Positions 29,072 through 39,439 of a stretch of 64,000 nt of DNA are shown here, piece by piece. Position 1 is the first letter of the stretch, and every line of letters begins with the position of its first letter. The DNA lies in assembly GCA_963717085.1 (NCBI GenBank), contig CAVQVM010000021.1:116560-180559 (forward strand), in the 5' to 3' direction. The DNA comes from an uncultured bacterium (GTDB lineage: Bacteria > Actinomycetota > Acidimicrobiia > Acidimicrobiales > VFJN01). The notes beneath the pieces were generated by a model that saw only the letters and a list, made by a program, of their open reading frames with translations, was not told where the DNA came from and ran no database searches. Both the position numbers and the translations under genes were made by a program.

Positions 29072-30757
29072 ATGCAGATGAACGACCAGTCCGACCTGGC
29101 CACGGACATCTCACACGACCAGCCGCCGACCAACCAGGATCGGCAGCGCCGCGTTCCGGCCGTCGTCTGGTGGATCAGCGCCCTGCACGTCGCCGTCCTG
29201 TTGGCGTACTCCGTCCTCCTTCCCACGTACAGGGCCCCGGACGAGCCGCTGCACGTCGATCTGGCTCACCTCTTCTCGGAGGAGTTCCACTACCCGGCCT
29301 GGGACGAGCGCGACACCGGGGCCGGCGTTCTGCACTCGCTCAACATCGTGCAGTACCACACCGGGTCGAGGCATCTCGAAGCGTCGCAGGCGCCGCCCAA
29401 GGACGACAGGCCATCGATCGACGAGCTCGACGAGCAGCCCCGCAAGCGCGGCGTCAATCAGCAGTCGCAGCACCCGCCCCTCTACTACGCCGTCGCGGGC
29501 ACGATAGAGCGAGGGGTCGAACTCGTGACGGGTGACCCGATCGGCGCCTTCGACATCGAAGCGTGGTTCTACCGGCTGGTGAGCATCCTCCTGGTGGCGC
29601 CGCTGCCGCTGATCATCTGGACGGTCGGCCGTCGCCTCGGCCTGCCGGAGCCCGTGGCTATCGCCGCGATGCTGGTTCCGCTCGCCATACCCCAGTACCT
29701 CCACATGGGGTCTGTGGCCAACAACGACAGCCTGCTGATCCTGCTCTTCTGGTTGCTCACGCCCGTGATCCTGCGGCTGGCCGATGGCGACGTCCGGGCG
29801 CGCACCGCCGCGCTCGCCGGGCTGCTCACGGGCCTGGCTCTGTACACCAAGGGCTTCGCCCTCGTCCTGCCACTCTGGGTCCTGGCCGCCCTACTCGTCG
29901 CCCTGCGTCGGCTCGGGCGTCCGTATCTTCGGCAGGTCAGCCTTGCGGGTCTGGCGTACTCGGGAGTGAGCCTCGCCTTGGGCGGGTGGTGGTGGATCGC
30001 CAACCTGGTTCGCTACGGCGAACTTGCGCCCTCGCGTCATACCCAGCTGGTGCCCCCGATCGAGAGTGACGTGCGCGACTACGGCAGCTTCTTCGAGGGC
30101 TGGAGCTCGGCGACCATCCGACGGTTCTGGGGCGAGTTCGGCCTGTTCGACGTGCACATCCCCGGCGTGGCCATCAGGGCCGCCAGCGCCGTCGTCATCG
30201 TCGGTCTCGTCGTCGCGTGCGCCCGCCGCGACCGCGTCGCCGGATCACCGATCGGCAACCGACTGCTGTTGGCAGCGCCGATCATCCTGTTGGTCGTCCT
30301 GCAGTTCACCCTCGCTCTACGGGCCTACGTCCTGCTCGGGCGCATGCCCGGCCTGCAGGGCCGCTACTGGTTCGGCGCCCTGGCCGCGCTCGCGGTGATC
30401 GTGGCGCTCGGCCTCGCCAACCTGCTCCGCAGCGGGACCCGGTGGCTGCCGCTGGCCGTGTTGGCCGGCGCGGTCGCCATGAACGCGCTGGCGGTCGACA
30501 CCATCCTCGGCTTCTACTGGGCTGCCCCGGGCAGCGCCTTCACGAGCCAGGTGCGGGCCGCAGTCGCCTGGGCGCCGCTGCAGGGCGAGGTGCTGGCCGT
30601 CGGCGCTGCCGTGGGGGCCGTCATCGCCGTCGTGACGATCCTCTACCTGGTAGTGACCGCCGTGCGACCCGGCGGCGCTCCGCCCAGCGGACCGGCCCAC
30701 CTGACGTCGCCGCCCCACCCGGCAGACCGTGTTCCCGCGCCGATGGCCACCCCGTGA
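29072..30757 (+). CDS. Polytopic membrane protein, DUF2142-like/GT-C-like
   Basis: The first loop is YRAPDEPLHVDLAH (PDE..H motif). There are more than 10 TM helices and a proline-rich C-terminal tail. It is divergent from wzm. Confidence 0.55.
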   Translation: MQMNDQSDLATDISHDQPPTNQDRQRRVPAVVWWISALHVAVLLAYSVLLPTYRAPDEPLHVDLAHLFSEEFHYPAWDERDTGAGVLHSLNIVQYHTGSRHLEASQAPPKDDRPSIDELDEQPRKRGVNQQSQHPPLYYAVAGTIERGVELVTGDPIGAFDIEAWFYRLVSILLVAPLPLIIWTVGRRLGLPEPVAIAAMLVPLAIPQYLHMGSVANNDSLLILLFWLLTPVILRLADGDVRARTAALAGLLTGLALYTKGFALVLPLWVLAALLVALRRLGRPYLRQVSLAGLAYSGVSLALGGWWWIANLVRYGELAPSRHTQLVPPIESDVRDYGSFFEGWSSATIRRFWGEFGLFDVHIPGVAIRAASAVVIVGLVVACARRDRVAGSPIGNRLLLAAPIILLVVLQFTLALRAYVLLGRMPGLQGRYWFGALAALAVIVALGLANLLRSGTRWLPLAVLAGAVAMNALAVDTILGFYWAAPGSAFTSQVRAAVAWAPLQGEVLAVGAAVGAVIAVVTILYLVVTAVRPGGAPPSGPAHLTSPPHPADRVPAPMATP

Positions 30758-30772
30758 GCCGCGGGGAGCGAC

Positions 30773-31531
30773 CTAGCGCACGGCGGTGATCATCAGGTGC
30801 CACCCGATCGCCCGGCCCAGCGGACGCCTCACCCACAAGGGCAGCCGCGTGCCGACGGAGCCGAAGCCGAAGGTGAACGGGTACTCCGTTCTCACGGAAA
30901 CGTGAGCGAACTCGTGGAACAACCGCTTCACGCCCGGCCGGCTGAACGTGTACACGACCGGGCAATGGTCCTTCCGGCCCCTCGGTGACTCGTACGGCAG
31001 CCGCAAGAGCCGGTGGGCAAGGTTCACCAGCGACCACCGGTGATAGAGCATCACATAGGCCTTCCCGCCGGGCCGGAGGACCCGGTGCACCTCGGCAACG
31101 GCCCGCTCGATGTCCGGCGTGTGATGCAGGACGCCGAATGAGTAGACGGCATCGAAGCTCTCGTCGGCGAAATCGAGGCCCTCCGCGTTACCCACCCGGA
31201 AGTCGACGCTGACCCCTCGACGGCGGGCCGACTCGCGGGCCACGTCGATGGCGCTCTCGGTCAGATCGACGGCCGTGACGTCGAAGCCGCATCGGGCGAG
31301 CTGGATGCTGTCGACACCGATGCCACAGCCCACCTCGAGCAGCCTGCCGTGGCTTCCCTCGAGCCGCGCGAACAGTTCTCGGAGGTGGTAGTGCCAGCCG
31401 TATCGCCGGTCCTCGATCTCGGAGAGGTACGCCTCTGACGCCCGCTCCTCCTCCGTGTAGTACTCGTTGTTCACGTGCGTCTCCCAGAAGTCCTTTACGG
31501 ACTTCACGGTGGCGCGTGTTGCCGGCGTCAT
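30773..31531 (-). CDS. Class I SAM-dependent methyltransferase (type 11)
   Basis: LLEVGCGIGVDS, FDAVYSFGVLHHTPD, LRPGGKAYVM. Confidence 0.8.
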   Translation of the reverse strand: MTPATRATVKSVKDFWETHVNNEYYTEEERASEAYLSEIEDRRYGWHYHLRELFARLEGSHGRLLEVGCGIGVDSIQLARCGFDVTAVDLTESAIDVARESARRRGVSVDFRVGNAEGLDFADESFDAVYSFGVLHHTPDIERAVAEVHRVLRPGGKAYVMLYHRWSLVNLAHRLLRLPYESPRGRKDHCPVVYTFSRPGVKRLFHEFAHVSVRTEYPFTFGFGSVGTRLPLWVRRPLGRAIGWHLMITAVR

Positions 31532-31535
31532 CTGC

Positions 31536-33467
31536 TCAGGCCCCTTCTGGTACGGCGGCCCGCCGGGATGGGCGGCCGGTGGGTGTGGACGTGTTCTGCG
31601 GCTCGGTGAAGATCTCCCGCCAGATCTCGATGCCGATCATCTGCCAGAGCATGAAGTAATGCCAGCGCAGCCGCTGATGGGGCTTGGCATCGAGCACCTG
31701 GCGAACGAACTCTGGGTTGAACACCCCCGAGCGCCGGAGTCGGTCCGGCGTGAGGACCTCGAGCGCCAGTGACCGCAGGTCCTTGCGGTACTGCTCGACC
31801 GGGTCGAACGTGAATCCCCATTTCTTCTTGGTGAGCACCTGCTCGGGCAGCACTCCCATGAGGGCCTTCTTGAGCAATCCCTTGAGCCCACCCCGGAACC
31901 GGATGTCGTCCGGGATCCGTGCCGCGAACCGGACCAGCTCGAGGTCGAGGAGCGGCACGCGCGACTCGACGGAGTGGGCCATCGACATGGTGTTCTCGTT
32001 GTGGAGCAGGTCGGAGACCATCTTCGTGGAGAACTCGGCGCGCAACGACCGGCCGAGACTCGTTCCCCCGCCGAGGAAGTAGGGATCGAAGTCGTCGCGG
32101 GTCGCCGTGTGGAGCCTGTCGAGGAAGTCCGGGGTGTAGACGCGGCGGAGGAGTGAACCGTTGAAGTCCCAGGCGTTGCGGAGGAGCAGGTACTGGCGCG
32201 CATCGTCGTCGGCCGATGCCATCCATTCCAGCCCCCGGACGTAGAGGTCGGCGTGGGGCCTGCCGACGGCGGCCGCTCGGCCTGCGGTCCACTCGAGGAC
32301 CGGTGAAGCGGCCCGGATGGCGGCCCCTGACACGCCCGATCCGAGCCGACGACTGCGCTCGAGGTAGCGGTAGAAGTCGTAGCCGGCGAACAGCTCGTCG
32401 CCCCCCAGCCCCGAGAGCACGACCTTCACGTGCTCACCGACGTAGCGGTGAAGCAGGTAGAGCTGGAGTGAGTTGACCTTCGGCTCTTCGGTGTGGCGAA
32501 TGGCGTCACGCAGATAGGCGAGCGCCGGTTCGTGGAGGACCGTCTCGTGATGCTCGGTCTCGAAGGTGTCGGCCACGAACCGGGCATCGTCGAGCTCGTC
32601 CCAGGGCTCGTCGAACCCGAGGGTGAACGTCTTGATCGGCCCGGATTCGCTGCGTCGCAACATCGCGACGATGGAGCTGGAATCGATCCCACCCGAGAGT
32701 GAGACGCCCACGGGCACATCGGAGAGGAGCTGGCGCTTCACCGCCGCCTCGTAGTGAGCCCTGATCCCGTCGATCCAATCGCCCTCGCCGAGCGTCGTGT
32801 CCGGCGTCCAGTCGATGCTCGCATATGAGGAGACTCGGGCCTGGCCTTCGGTGAACTCGAGCACGTGGCCCGGAGCTAGGCGGTGGATGTCACGGAAGAA
32901 GGTGCGGTCGCCAGGCACATAGCGGACGTTCATCGTCAGGTGCAGGCTCGCCTCGTCGAGGTCGGCGCCCACCAAGCCGCTCGCCAGGATGGCCTTGGCC
33001 TCCGACCCGAATGCCAGGCGGCCGTCGCGCATGGCGTAGACCAGGGGATTGACCCCCACCGGGTCGCGAACCAGGTACAACTTCCGGTGACTGCGATCGA
33101 AGAGACCGAAGGCGAAGATGCCGTTCAGGCGGGCGGCAAACCCGATGCCCTCCTCTTCGTAGAGGTGAGGCAGGATCTCCGTGTCGCAATGCGTGCGAAG
33201 AACGTGGCCGCGGGCAAGCACCTGCTGACGAAGCTCCGGGTAGTTGTAGATCTCGCCGTTGTAGACGACGACTACCGAGCCGTCCTCGTTCGTCATCGGC
33301 TGGGATCCGCCCGCCACATCCAGGATCGCGAGCCGACGGTTGCCGAGGCAGACGCCGTCGCCGACGAAGAAGCCCTCCCCGTCGGGCCCGCGATGCGCGA
33401 TGACGTCGGTCATCGTCCTGATCAGGTCTTCGTCGCCGAACCCCGCGGTACCCGCTATGCCGCACAC
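31536..33467 (-). CDS. asnB: Asparagine synthase family glutamine-hydrolysing amidotransferase
   Basis: N-terminal nucleophile MCGIAG, PP-loop VSLSGGIDSS, full length of 643 aa. Confidence 0.88.
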   Translation of the reverse strand: MCGIAGTAGFGDEDLIRTMTDVIAHRGPDGEGFFVGDGVCLGNRRLAILDVAGGSQPMTNEDGSVVVVYNGEIYNYPELRQQVLARGHVLRTHCDTEILPHLYEEEGIGFAARLNGIFAFGLFDRSHRKLYLVRDPVGVNPLVYAMRDGRLAFGSEAKAILASGLVGADLDEASLHLTMNVRYVPGDRTFFRDIHRLAPGHVLEFTEGQARVSSYASIDWTPDTTLGEGDWIDGIRAHYEAAVKRQLLSDVPVGVSLSGGIDSSSIVAMLRRSESGPIKTFTLGFDEPWDELDDARFVADTFETEHHETVLHEPALAYLRDAIRHTEEPKVNSLQLYLLHRYVGEHVKVVLSGLGGDELFAGYDFYRYLERSRRLGSGVSGAAIRAASPVLEWTAGRAAAVGRPHADLYVRGLEWMASADDDARQYLLLRNAWDFNGSLLRRVYTPDFLDRLHTATRDDFDPYFLGGGTSLGRSLRAEFSTKMVSDLLHNENTMSMAHSVESRVPLLDLELVRFAARIPDDIRFRGGLKGLLKKALMGVLPEQVLTKKKWGFTFDPVEQYRKDLRSLALEVLTPDRLRRSGVFNPEFVRQVLDAKPHQRLRWHYFMLWQMIGIEIWREIFTEPQNTSTPTGRPSRRAAVPEGA

Positions 33468-33493
33468 GAGCGATCACGCTCCCCTCTCCGGGG

Positions 33494-34531
33494 TCACTTG
33501 GCCACTGCGAACGTCGACTCGAAGTAGTCGACCATCCACTGGGTCACGTCGATCTTGTCGTCCAACAGGCGGGCTCGTGCCGCCTGCCCAAAGTCTCGGG
33601 GCGAGTTGGCGAACAACTCCTCGATCGTGCCAAGGGCGCGATCGTATTCGTCCTCGGTGAAGTGACGGACGAGGCCGTATCGCTTCTCCTGGTCCTCGGT
33701 GTACCCGCGTCCAGTGGTCGCGATGAACACGGCCGGGACACCGAGCACGGCCGCCTCCGACGACATCGTGGCGGACTCCCCCACCACCACGTGAGCGTGG
33801 GCCATCAGATGATGGATGTCATGCACGGGGCCGGTGACCTCGAGCGGAGCGAGATCGGACGGGAGCGGCGCCTCCGACGACACGAGGACCCGACCGTGGC
33901 TCTGGAGGACCTCGACCAGATGCCGCTTCTGGGCCGCTGCGAGCCCGCGTTCGCGGCGGTCGTGGACCGCTTGCCACGATACGAACCGCACGAGGGAAAA
34001 GGGCTCGTCGGAGGAGACACCGAACGCACCGAGCTTGCCGGGATCGGCTCGGAACCGGTTGGGGTGGAGGTAGGCGAGCTCGTGGTAGCCCGCATAACGG
34101 CGGTGGGTGCCGGGAACCTTGCCCTGGTAGCAGTCGGGCGTGCAGACGCTGTGGGCCAACGGGTAGACGAACCGGTTGGTCTGGGTGGCGAACTCGGTGT
34201 CGTAGAAGACCACAGCCGGCACCCGGCGAACGGCGCCAGCGAGCGCGATCGAGGGTCCCATGATTCCGGTGAGCACGTCGGGCCGGAACCTGCGCATCAG
34301 CCTGACGAGCCGGGCAGTGCGCTCTGCCATCTCGACGGTCATCCCGACACCGCCCGACCGCTGATCGGAGAGGTGGTGATATGGCAGCCCGAACCGGTCC
34401 AAGAGGTCGAGCGACCGGTCCTTGGCCCGCGCGGTGATGCAGAGCTGGTGCCCTCGACCCGCCATCTCGTCGTGGAAGTTTCGGAAGAAGTGGACGTGTG
34501 CGGGGTGAAGTATGTCGATCAGGATCCGCAT
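33494..34531 (-). CDS. DUF354 family protein (GT-B-like, predicted glycosyltransferase/epimerase fold)
   Basis: The N-terminus MRILIDILHPAHVHFFRNF...GHQLCITARAKD matches the characteristic DUF354 start. The length is 345 aa. Confidence 0.65.
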   Translation of the reverse strand: MRILIDILHPAHVHFFRNFHDEMAGRGHQLCITARAKDRSLDLLDRFGLPYHHLSDQRSGGVGMTVEMAERTARLVRLMRRFRPDVLTGIMGPSIALAGAVRRVPAVVFYDTEFATQTNRFVYPLAHSVCTPDCYQGKVPGTHRRYAGYHELAYLHPNRFRADPGKLGAFGVSSDEPFSLVRFVSWQAVHDRRERGLAAAQKRHLVEVLQSHGRVLVSSEAPLPSDLAPLEVTGPVHDIHHLMAHAHVVVGESATMSSEAAVLGVPAVFIATTGRGYTEDQEKRYGLVRHFTEDEYDRALGTIEELFANSPRDFGQAARARLLDDKIDVTQWMVDYFESTFAVAK

Positions 34532-34535
34532 GGAG

Positions 34536-35336
34536 TCAGGCCGGGTCCTGCCCGTCGGGTTCGTCCGGTCGCCGGGCCTTGATCAAGACACCGGCACCCC
34601 AACTCGGGTTCGAGAACTTGCCCAGGTAAGACAGCATCAGCAGCGCGGGGAACGCGACGGCGTAGAGCGCCTTGTTCCGTTGGTCGGCGCCGCTGATGAG
34701 GTAAGAGAGATTGTTGGTGAATGTCTCCAGGGGACCGTACGTGTACCGCTGATCGATGACTTCGAACCCTGCCAGGCGCAGCTTGTCGGCGAGCTCCGAG
34801 GCTCGGTAGCCGGGTCGGACGTGCCCCGGGACGTCGAAGTTGACCCGGCGGCCGAACAGCAGCCAGCGGCGCTCGTATCCCGGAACGTGGACCGCCAGTG
34901 ACCCACCGGGATGCAGCGCTCGCCGCAAGGTCTCCATGGCGGTGACGTCGTCCTCGACGTGCTCGAGGTTGTCGACGCTCACCACGAGGTCGAACTTGGC
35001 GTCGAAGTCCAGTTGGGTGACGTCCCCCTTCTCGAACCGGCAGTTGGCCAGGCCCGCCCGCTCGGCGATCACGTTGGCCCGCTCGACGAGGTCCGGCTCG
35101 AGCTCGATGCCGAGCACCTGCGCCTGCGGATGGCGCTTGGCCAGCTCGAAGGCGAAGACCCCGGGGCCACAACCCGCGTCGAGGATCGTGCGGTGGTCGC
35201 CATCGGTTGCGGGGAGGACGCGGCGCAGGCGTATGCGCAGGCCGTTGGCGGGGGCCCCGAGCAGGCGAGAATACATGCGCTCGAACCGGCTGCGGCCGGG
35301 ATCGAGCGACAGCTCGCAACCGGGGAAGCCCCTCAT
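34536..35336 (-). CDS. Class I SAM-dependent methyltransferase with a C-terminal membrane-associated tail
   Basis: ILDAGCGPGVFA, DLVVSVDNLEHVEDD, LHPGGSLAVHVP. The start MRGFPG forms an ATGA overlap with the upstream stop (35333-35336). Confidence 0.75.
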   Translation of the reverse strand: MRGFPGCELSLDPGRSRFERMYSRLLGAPANGLRIRLRRVLPATDGDHRTILDAGCGPGVFAFELAKRHPQAQVLGIELEPDLVERANVIAERAGLANCRFEKGDVTQLDFDAKFDLVVSVDNLEHVEDDVTAMETLRRALHPGGSLAVHVPGYERRWLLFGRRVNFDVPGHVRPGYRASELADKLRLAGFEVIDQRYTYGPLETFTNNLSYLISGADQRNKALYAVAFPALLMLSYLGKFSNPSWGAGVLIKARRPDEPDGQDPA

Positions 35337-36574
35337 GCCGGCTCCCCGCAGTTCTCGAGGTATGAGGCCAGTGCCAACGACATCCATCCCTGACACCATC
35401 GCAGCTCGCGGATCTTTGTACGAAAGGTCCGGCGCTTCTGGTAGTAGAACCAGCCACTCTTCGGGTCCCACATGTGGGCCAGGGTCCAGTCCAGCACGCG
35501 CCCCGCGACCTCGGCACCCTCGCCCCGATGCTTCTGTCGAAGCGAGAACGTGATGATCCCCTGGGCGCACCCATGGATGTCGAAGGGGTAGCGGCGATCG
35601 CTCATGAAGCGCGGGGCGCCATCGAGATCGAAGAGCCTCCGCTGATAGAAGTCGATACCTCGCTCGTACGCCTCATCGAACTCCGCGCTACCGGTCGCCA
35701 GGGCATGGACGAGGATGGCGTCGAGAATGAATCCGGTGTGGTAGTTGTCGTGCGTGATGCGGCTGGCTGACGGCGGCTCGGCGTAGAACCACGCGCCTTC
35801 GTCGGTCTGCTTGGAGACGACGTAACGGACCAGTCGTGTGCTCTCCTCCCTGAGCTTCTCGTCGCCATCGAGTGCCGCGAACCGCGCCGTGAGCGCCCCG
35901 ACCAGCGCCGACACATCCATCACGATCCAATCGATCGATTCGTCGGGTACGTAACTCACGCACCGGTGCCGGTCGTCCTCGAACAGCGTCTTGGGAGCGT
36001 CGAGCAGGAAGCGGACGGCGTCCGACGCTGCCTTCAGGTAGCGGCCGTCATCGAGGGTGTCGTACCCGTCGAGCAGTGCCTGGCCCACGAACGAGGTGAC
36101 AACCCGGTTGGGCAGGTTTCGAGGCGCGAAGAACCCGGCGTCCTGCCACGGGTACGGATAACCCCAGGCGAGCCCATCGAACCCGGCGGACGGGTTGGCG
36201 ACCAGCCAGTCGAGCAGCTCCCGGGCCGTCCGCGCGTCCTCCTGCGACCCGGTCATCCGATAGCGAGCGAGGTGGGCTCGGGCGAACAGCGACAGGCCCT
36301 TCGGGTTCCGGGCCTTGCGGACTCCGAGCAGGGGGCGGACGTGGATTGGTGACCGCATCACGAGCTGGATGGCGGCGAGCCGTCGCAACCTCGAACCACC
36401 CGCCAGTGTCTCCAGCCAGGGGGCGTTCAGCGCGTCGTGCTTCGAGTAGCCCTCGAAGTCGTCGCGTCGGGCCGTTTCGAGCACGCTTTCCAGCACGTCG
36501 CCATGGTGGGCGCGGACGCCGGCAAAGGTCATCGTCGGAGTGTTCTTCACCATGGCCGCGCCAAACCTCGCCAA
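35333..36574 (-). CDS. Hypothetical protein, probably (alpha/alpha)6-toroid-like polysaccharide-modifying enzyme
   Basis: It is a 413-aa soluble protein with aromatic-rich repeats (GLAWGYPYPWQ, THDNYHTGFILDAI, LRWCQGWMSLAL). It lies inside the asnB-DUF354 operon. I recognise no catalytic family with confidence. Confidence 0.45.
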   Translation of the reverse strand: MARFGAAMVKNTPTMTFAGVRAHHGDVLESVLETARRDDFEGYSKHDALNAPWLETLAGGSRLRRLAAIQLVMRSPIHVRPLLGVRKARNPKGLSLFARAHLARYRMTGSQEDARTARELLDWLVANPSAGFDGLAWGYPYPWQDAGFFAPRNLPNRVVTSFVGQALLDGYDTLDDGRYLKAASDAVRFLLDAPKTLFEDDRHRCVSYVPDESIDWIVMDVSALVGALTARFAALDGDEKLREESTRLVRYVVSKQTDEGAWFYAEPPSASRITHDNYHTGFILDAILVHALATGSAEFDEAYERGIDFYQRRLFDLDGAPRFMSDRRYPFDIHGCAQGIITFSLRQKHRGEGAEVAGRVLDWTLAHMWDPKSGWFYYQKRRTFRTKIRELRWCQGWMSLALASYLENCGEPA

Positions 36575-36758
36575 TTGTCCTTGGTGTTCATCGCCGCGCC
36601 TGGCGCCGCCCGCTCCGCCGCGCCAAGCGACGTCGATGGAGTGGTCACACTAGCCCCCATTCTTCATGGACGTGAGATGACGTGACGCAGCCATGACGCG
36701 ACAGGGGGCCCCTCCCACCCGTCCTCGGCGTGCACCATCTGATCTTCGAGCGACGCCT

Positions 36759-37688
36759 TCATGACGTTGTCACCTGCGGGGCCTGCGCGGCCTCGGGCGC
36801 TGAGCTAACGACGTGACGCCGCACCGTCACCTTGTTGCCGATGGTGGCCAGCAGCTCGGTGCCGATGGTGAGCAGTCGCAGAGCGAGCGACGCCGCGAGC
36901 AACTGCGCCGTGCCGACCCCGGGAAGGAGACCGATGAGCACGGCCTCGCGGACGCCGACACCGGCCGGGATCGGTAGGGCTATGAAGCCGACCGCCCAGC
37001 TGATCGCGAAGGCGCAGAAGACGGTCCCGGGGTTCGCCCCGGTATGGAGCGAGCCCAGCAGGATCGCATACGCGCCGCAGAGCGAGCCGATGGTGACGAG
37101 GGCCCACGCGTAGAACACGACGATGTCCCGCTGTGTCGGCAGCTGATCAGAGCCGGGAATCCGGTGCATGACACGTCGGGCGAGGTCGAGGACCCGCGCC
37201 ATGAGCGTACGGCGGAGCAGGATCGGCGTCAGCAGACCGAGCAGGGCGAGCACGCGGATCCAGTCGGCGAGACCGGCGTCCAAGGCGAGCCCGCTCCCCA
37301 ACGTCATGCAGGCCACGACCGCGCAAACCGCAGACACCGGGAAGGCGACGGCGGCCCGCTTGAGCGGGACGCCGACGGTGGGGGCGAGTCCCAGCTGGCT
37401 GGCCGCCTGGGCGAAGCCACCGACAGGTAGGTACTTCGTGAGCTGCGCAAGATAGAAGGTCCCCCGTACGGCGGCGCGGGAGGCCCGGGCGTCCAGCAGG
37501 TCGCTGAACAGCGCGACCCAGGCTCGTGCGGACGCGACGATCGCAACCAGCGCGAGGACGCCCGCGACCACCCACGCCGGGGCAGACGGCAGGACCTGGT
37601 CCTGCGCTGTGTCCACCGTGCGGGAAACGGCGAAGGCGATCCCGACCAGCCCGGCCAGGAGGATGATGGTCTGTAGACGGCGGCTCAT
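36759..37688 (-). CDS. Flippase-like membrane protein (LPG_synthase_TM/UPF0104 family)
   Basis: About 8 TM helices and the C-terminal motif ALPIPAGVGVREAVLIGLL typical of this family. Confidence 0.65.
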   Translation of the reverse strand: MSRRLQTIILLAGLVGIAFAVSRTVDTAQDQVLPSAPAWVVAGVLALVAIVASARAWVALFSDLLDARASRAAVRGTFYLAQLTKYLPVGGFAQAASQLGLAPTVGVPLKRAAVAFPVSAVCAVVACMTLGSGLALDAGLADWIRVLALLGLLTPILLRRTLMARVLDLARRVMHRIPGSDQLPTQRDIVVFYAWALVTIGSLCGAYAILLGSLHTGANPGTVFCAFAISWAVGFIALPIPAGVGVREAVLIGLLPGVGTAQLLAASLALRLLTIGTELLATIGNKVTVRRHVVSSAPEAAQAPQVTTS

Positions 37689-37913
37689 GGAAGGCGGTGG
37701 CTCGTCGGTGGGCTTGCCAGACGGGGCGCGGGCTTAGCGAACACCGGGACCGGAGAAGCGTAGTTTGTGGGGCGGGACCATCCGATCACGCTCAATCCGC
37801 TGGGAAGGTGGGTACACGCCGTTGCGGGCCTGCGCATCGTGCTCGGTTACGATCGGCCGGCCTTGAGCGGCTCTGGAACACCGGGCCGACCGCCGCCCAG
37901 CAATGGTTCACAA

Positions 37914-38741
37914 ATGACACAACTGGACGCAACAATGAGGAAGCGGTTGCAATTGGAAGCAATCCGTCAGCAGATGCGTGATGTCGTCCCAAAGTCGGTG
38001 CGAATGCGCCTGATAAAGGGAATAAACCGCGCCAGCGGAAACTACCTCTCCCGGCCATTGTACGGTAAGGCAACGTACAACCAGGACGGTCTGGCCACAG
38101 CCCATAGCGCGCCCTTCATGGACGATCCCCGCTTCAAGGAAGCCTACGACACCGGAAGGTCGACTGGTTCTTGGACCTTCGGCGACCTGCATTGGCGAGC
38201 GCACGTCGTATGCTGGGCCGCCGAGCGTGGGGCATCTTTGACCGGAGATTTCGTTGAGTGTGGCGTGAATCGCGGCGGCTACGCCCTGACTGTCATCAAG
38301 TACTTGGGATTCGAGACGTTGCCAAAGACCTTCTACCTTCTCGACACCTATGAAGGCTTGGCCGAACGCTACATCTCGCCCGAAGAGAAGGCTCGAGGGG
38401 TCCGTGTGGGTGAGTATGAGCCGTGCTATGAGGCCGTGGTCAGGACCTTCAGCCCCTACACCAACGTCAAGATCATCAGAGGTACGGTGCCCGACACGCT
38501 CCCGTCGGCCGAGACCGACAGCGTCGCCTTCCTGTCGCTGGACATGAACACGCGCGATCCGGAGATCGCAGCGGCCGAACACTTCTGGGAGAGACTGACC
38601 AGTGGGGCCGCGATCGTGCTCGATGACTACGGCTGGCGGAAGCACCGGGAACAGCAGCGAGCCTTCGATGCCTTCGCCGAGAGGCGGGGGGTGCAGGTGC
38701 TCGCTCTGCCGACCGGTCAAGGCCTCATCCTCAAGCCGTGA
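37914..38741 (+). CDS. TylF/MycF/NovP-type sugar O-methyltransferase
   Basis: GDFVECGVNRGG, LLDTYEGL, IIRGTVPDTLP, LSLDMN, IVLDDYG. GC is lower than in the surrounding DNA. The alternative start is the ATG at 37935. Confidence 0.8.
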   Translation: MTQLDATMRKRLQLEAIRQQMRDVVPKSVRMRLIKGINRASGNYLSRPLYGKATYNQDGLATAHSAPFMDDPRFKEAYDTGRSTGSWTFGDLHWRAHVVCWAAERGASLTGDFVECGVNRGGYALTVIKYLGFETLPKTFYLLDTYEGLAERYISPEEKARGVRVGEYEPCYEAVVRTFSPYTNVKIIRGTVPDTLPSAETDSVAFLSLDMNTRDPEIAAAEHFWERLTSGAAIVLDDYGWRKHREQQRAFDAFAERRGVQVLALPTGQGLILKP

Positions 38742-38825
38742 TGCGAGGCAACGTGGCCCCAGTAGCGGACCCAGGCGCCACGGCGGCGTGTTGGATCGTC
38801 CCCAGGACCCGTTGAGCGGGCGTCG

Positions 38826-39383
38826 ATGAACGACGTTGACGGGCTGCACGTCCGGGTACCGCTGCTGACGGCCATCGGCGACTATCTCGTCGAGTTCTTC
38901 ATGGCGCTCACGCCGCACGATCCGATCTCCAACCGGATCAAGCGCCTGCTGATGCGGTGGCGTGGTGCCGAGGTCGGTGCCCGGCCGAAGATCTGGAGGG
39001 ATGTGTGGGTGGACAACTACCGCAAGCTCAGCGTCGGGGCGGACGTGTCGATCGGCAAATCGGCGATGCTGGGCTGCATCGGTGGTGTCACCATCGGCGA
39101 CCGGGTGATGATCGCGCACGGCGCCCAGGTCCTCAGCGCCGGTCACCGGATCCCGGGCGCCGGCGATTCGATGCCGATGCGCTTCTCGGGGTTGGACGTG
39201 GCGCCGATCGCCATCGAGGACGACGCTTGGATCGGTGCCGGAGCTATCGTCCTGCCGGGCGTGACGGTGGGACGCGGAGCGGTGGTTGCGGCGGGGGCGG
39301 TCGTGACGAAGGACGTCGGGAGCTTTACGATCGTGGGTGGCGTGCCGAGCGTCGTCATCGGTTGCCGGAACGAGCAGGACTGA
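38826..39383 (+). CDS. Hexapeptide-repeat (LbH) O-acetyltransferase
   Basis: [13 protein letters not shown] and [35 protein letters not shown]. Confidence 0.85.
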   Translation: MNDVDGLHVRVPLLTAIGDYLVEFFMALTPHDPISNRIKRLLMRWRGAEVGARPKIWRDVWVDNYRKLSVGADVSIGKSAMLGCIGGVTIGDRVMIAHGAQVLSAGHRIPGAGDSMPMRFSGLDVAPIAIEDDAWIGAGAIVLPGVTVGRGAVVAAGAVVTKDVGSFTIVGGVPSVVIGCRNEQD

Positions 39384-39439
39384 CCTCGTCCGCCATTGAC
39401 AGTCGCATCGCAAGCTGGGGCCAGGAGGTTCCAGCTGCC

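Noticed and set aside
37738-37891. A 12-13 nt direct repeat, gaacaccggg.ccg (37739 and 37876), upstream of the low-GC cassette, as a possible att-like or insertion boundary.
   Set aside because: There is only one short imperfect pair on one side of the cassette and no matching copy at the other boundary (~40130-40155). It is too weak to call.
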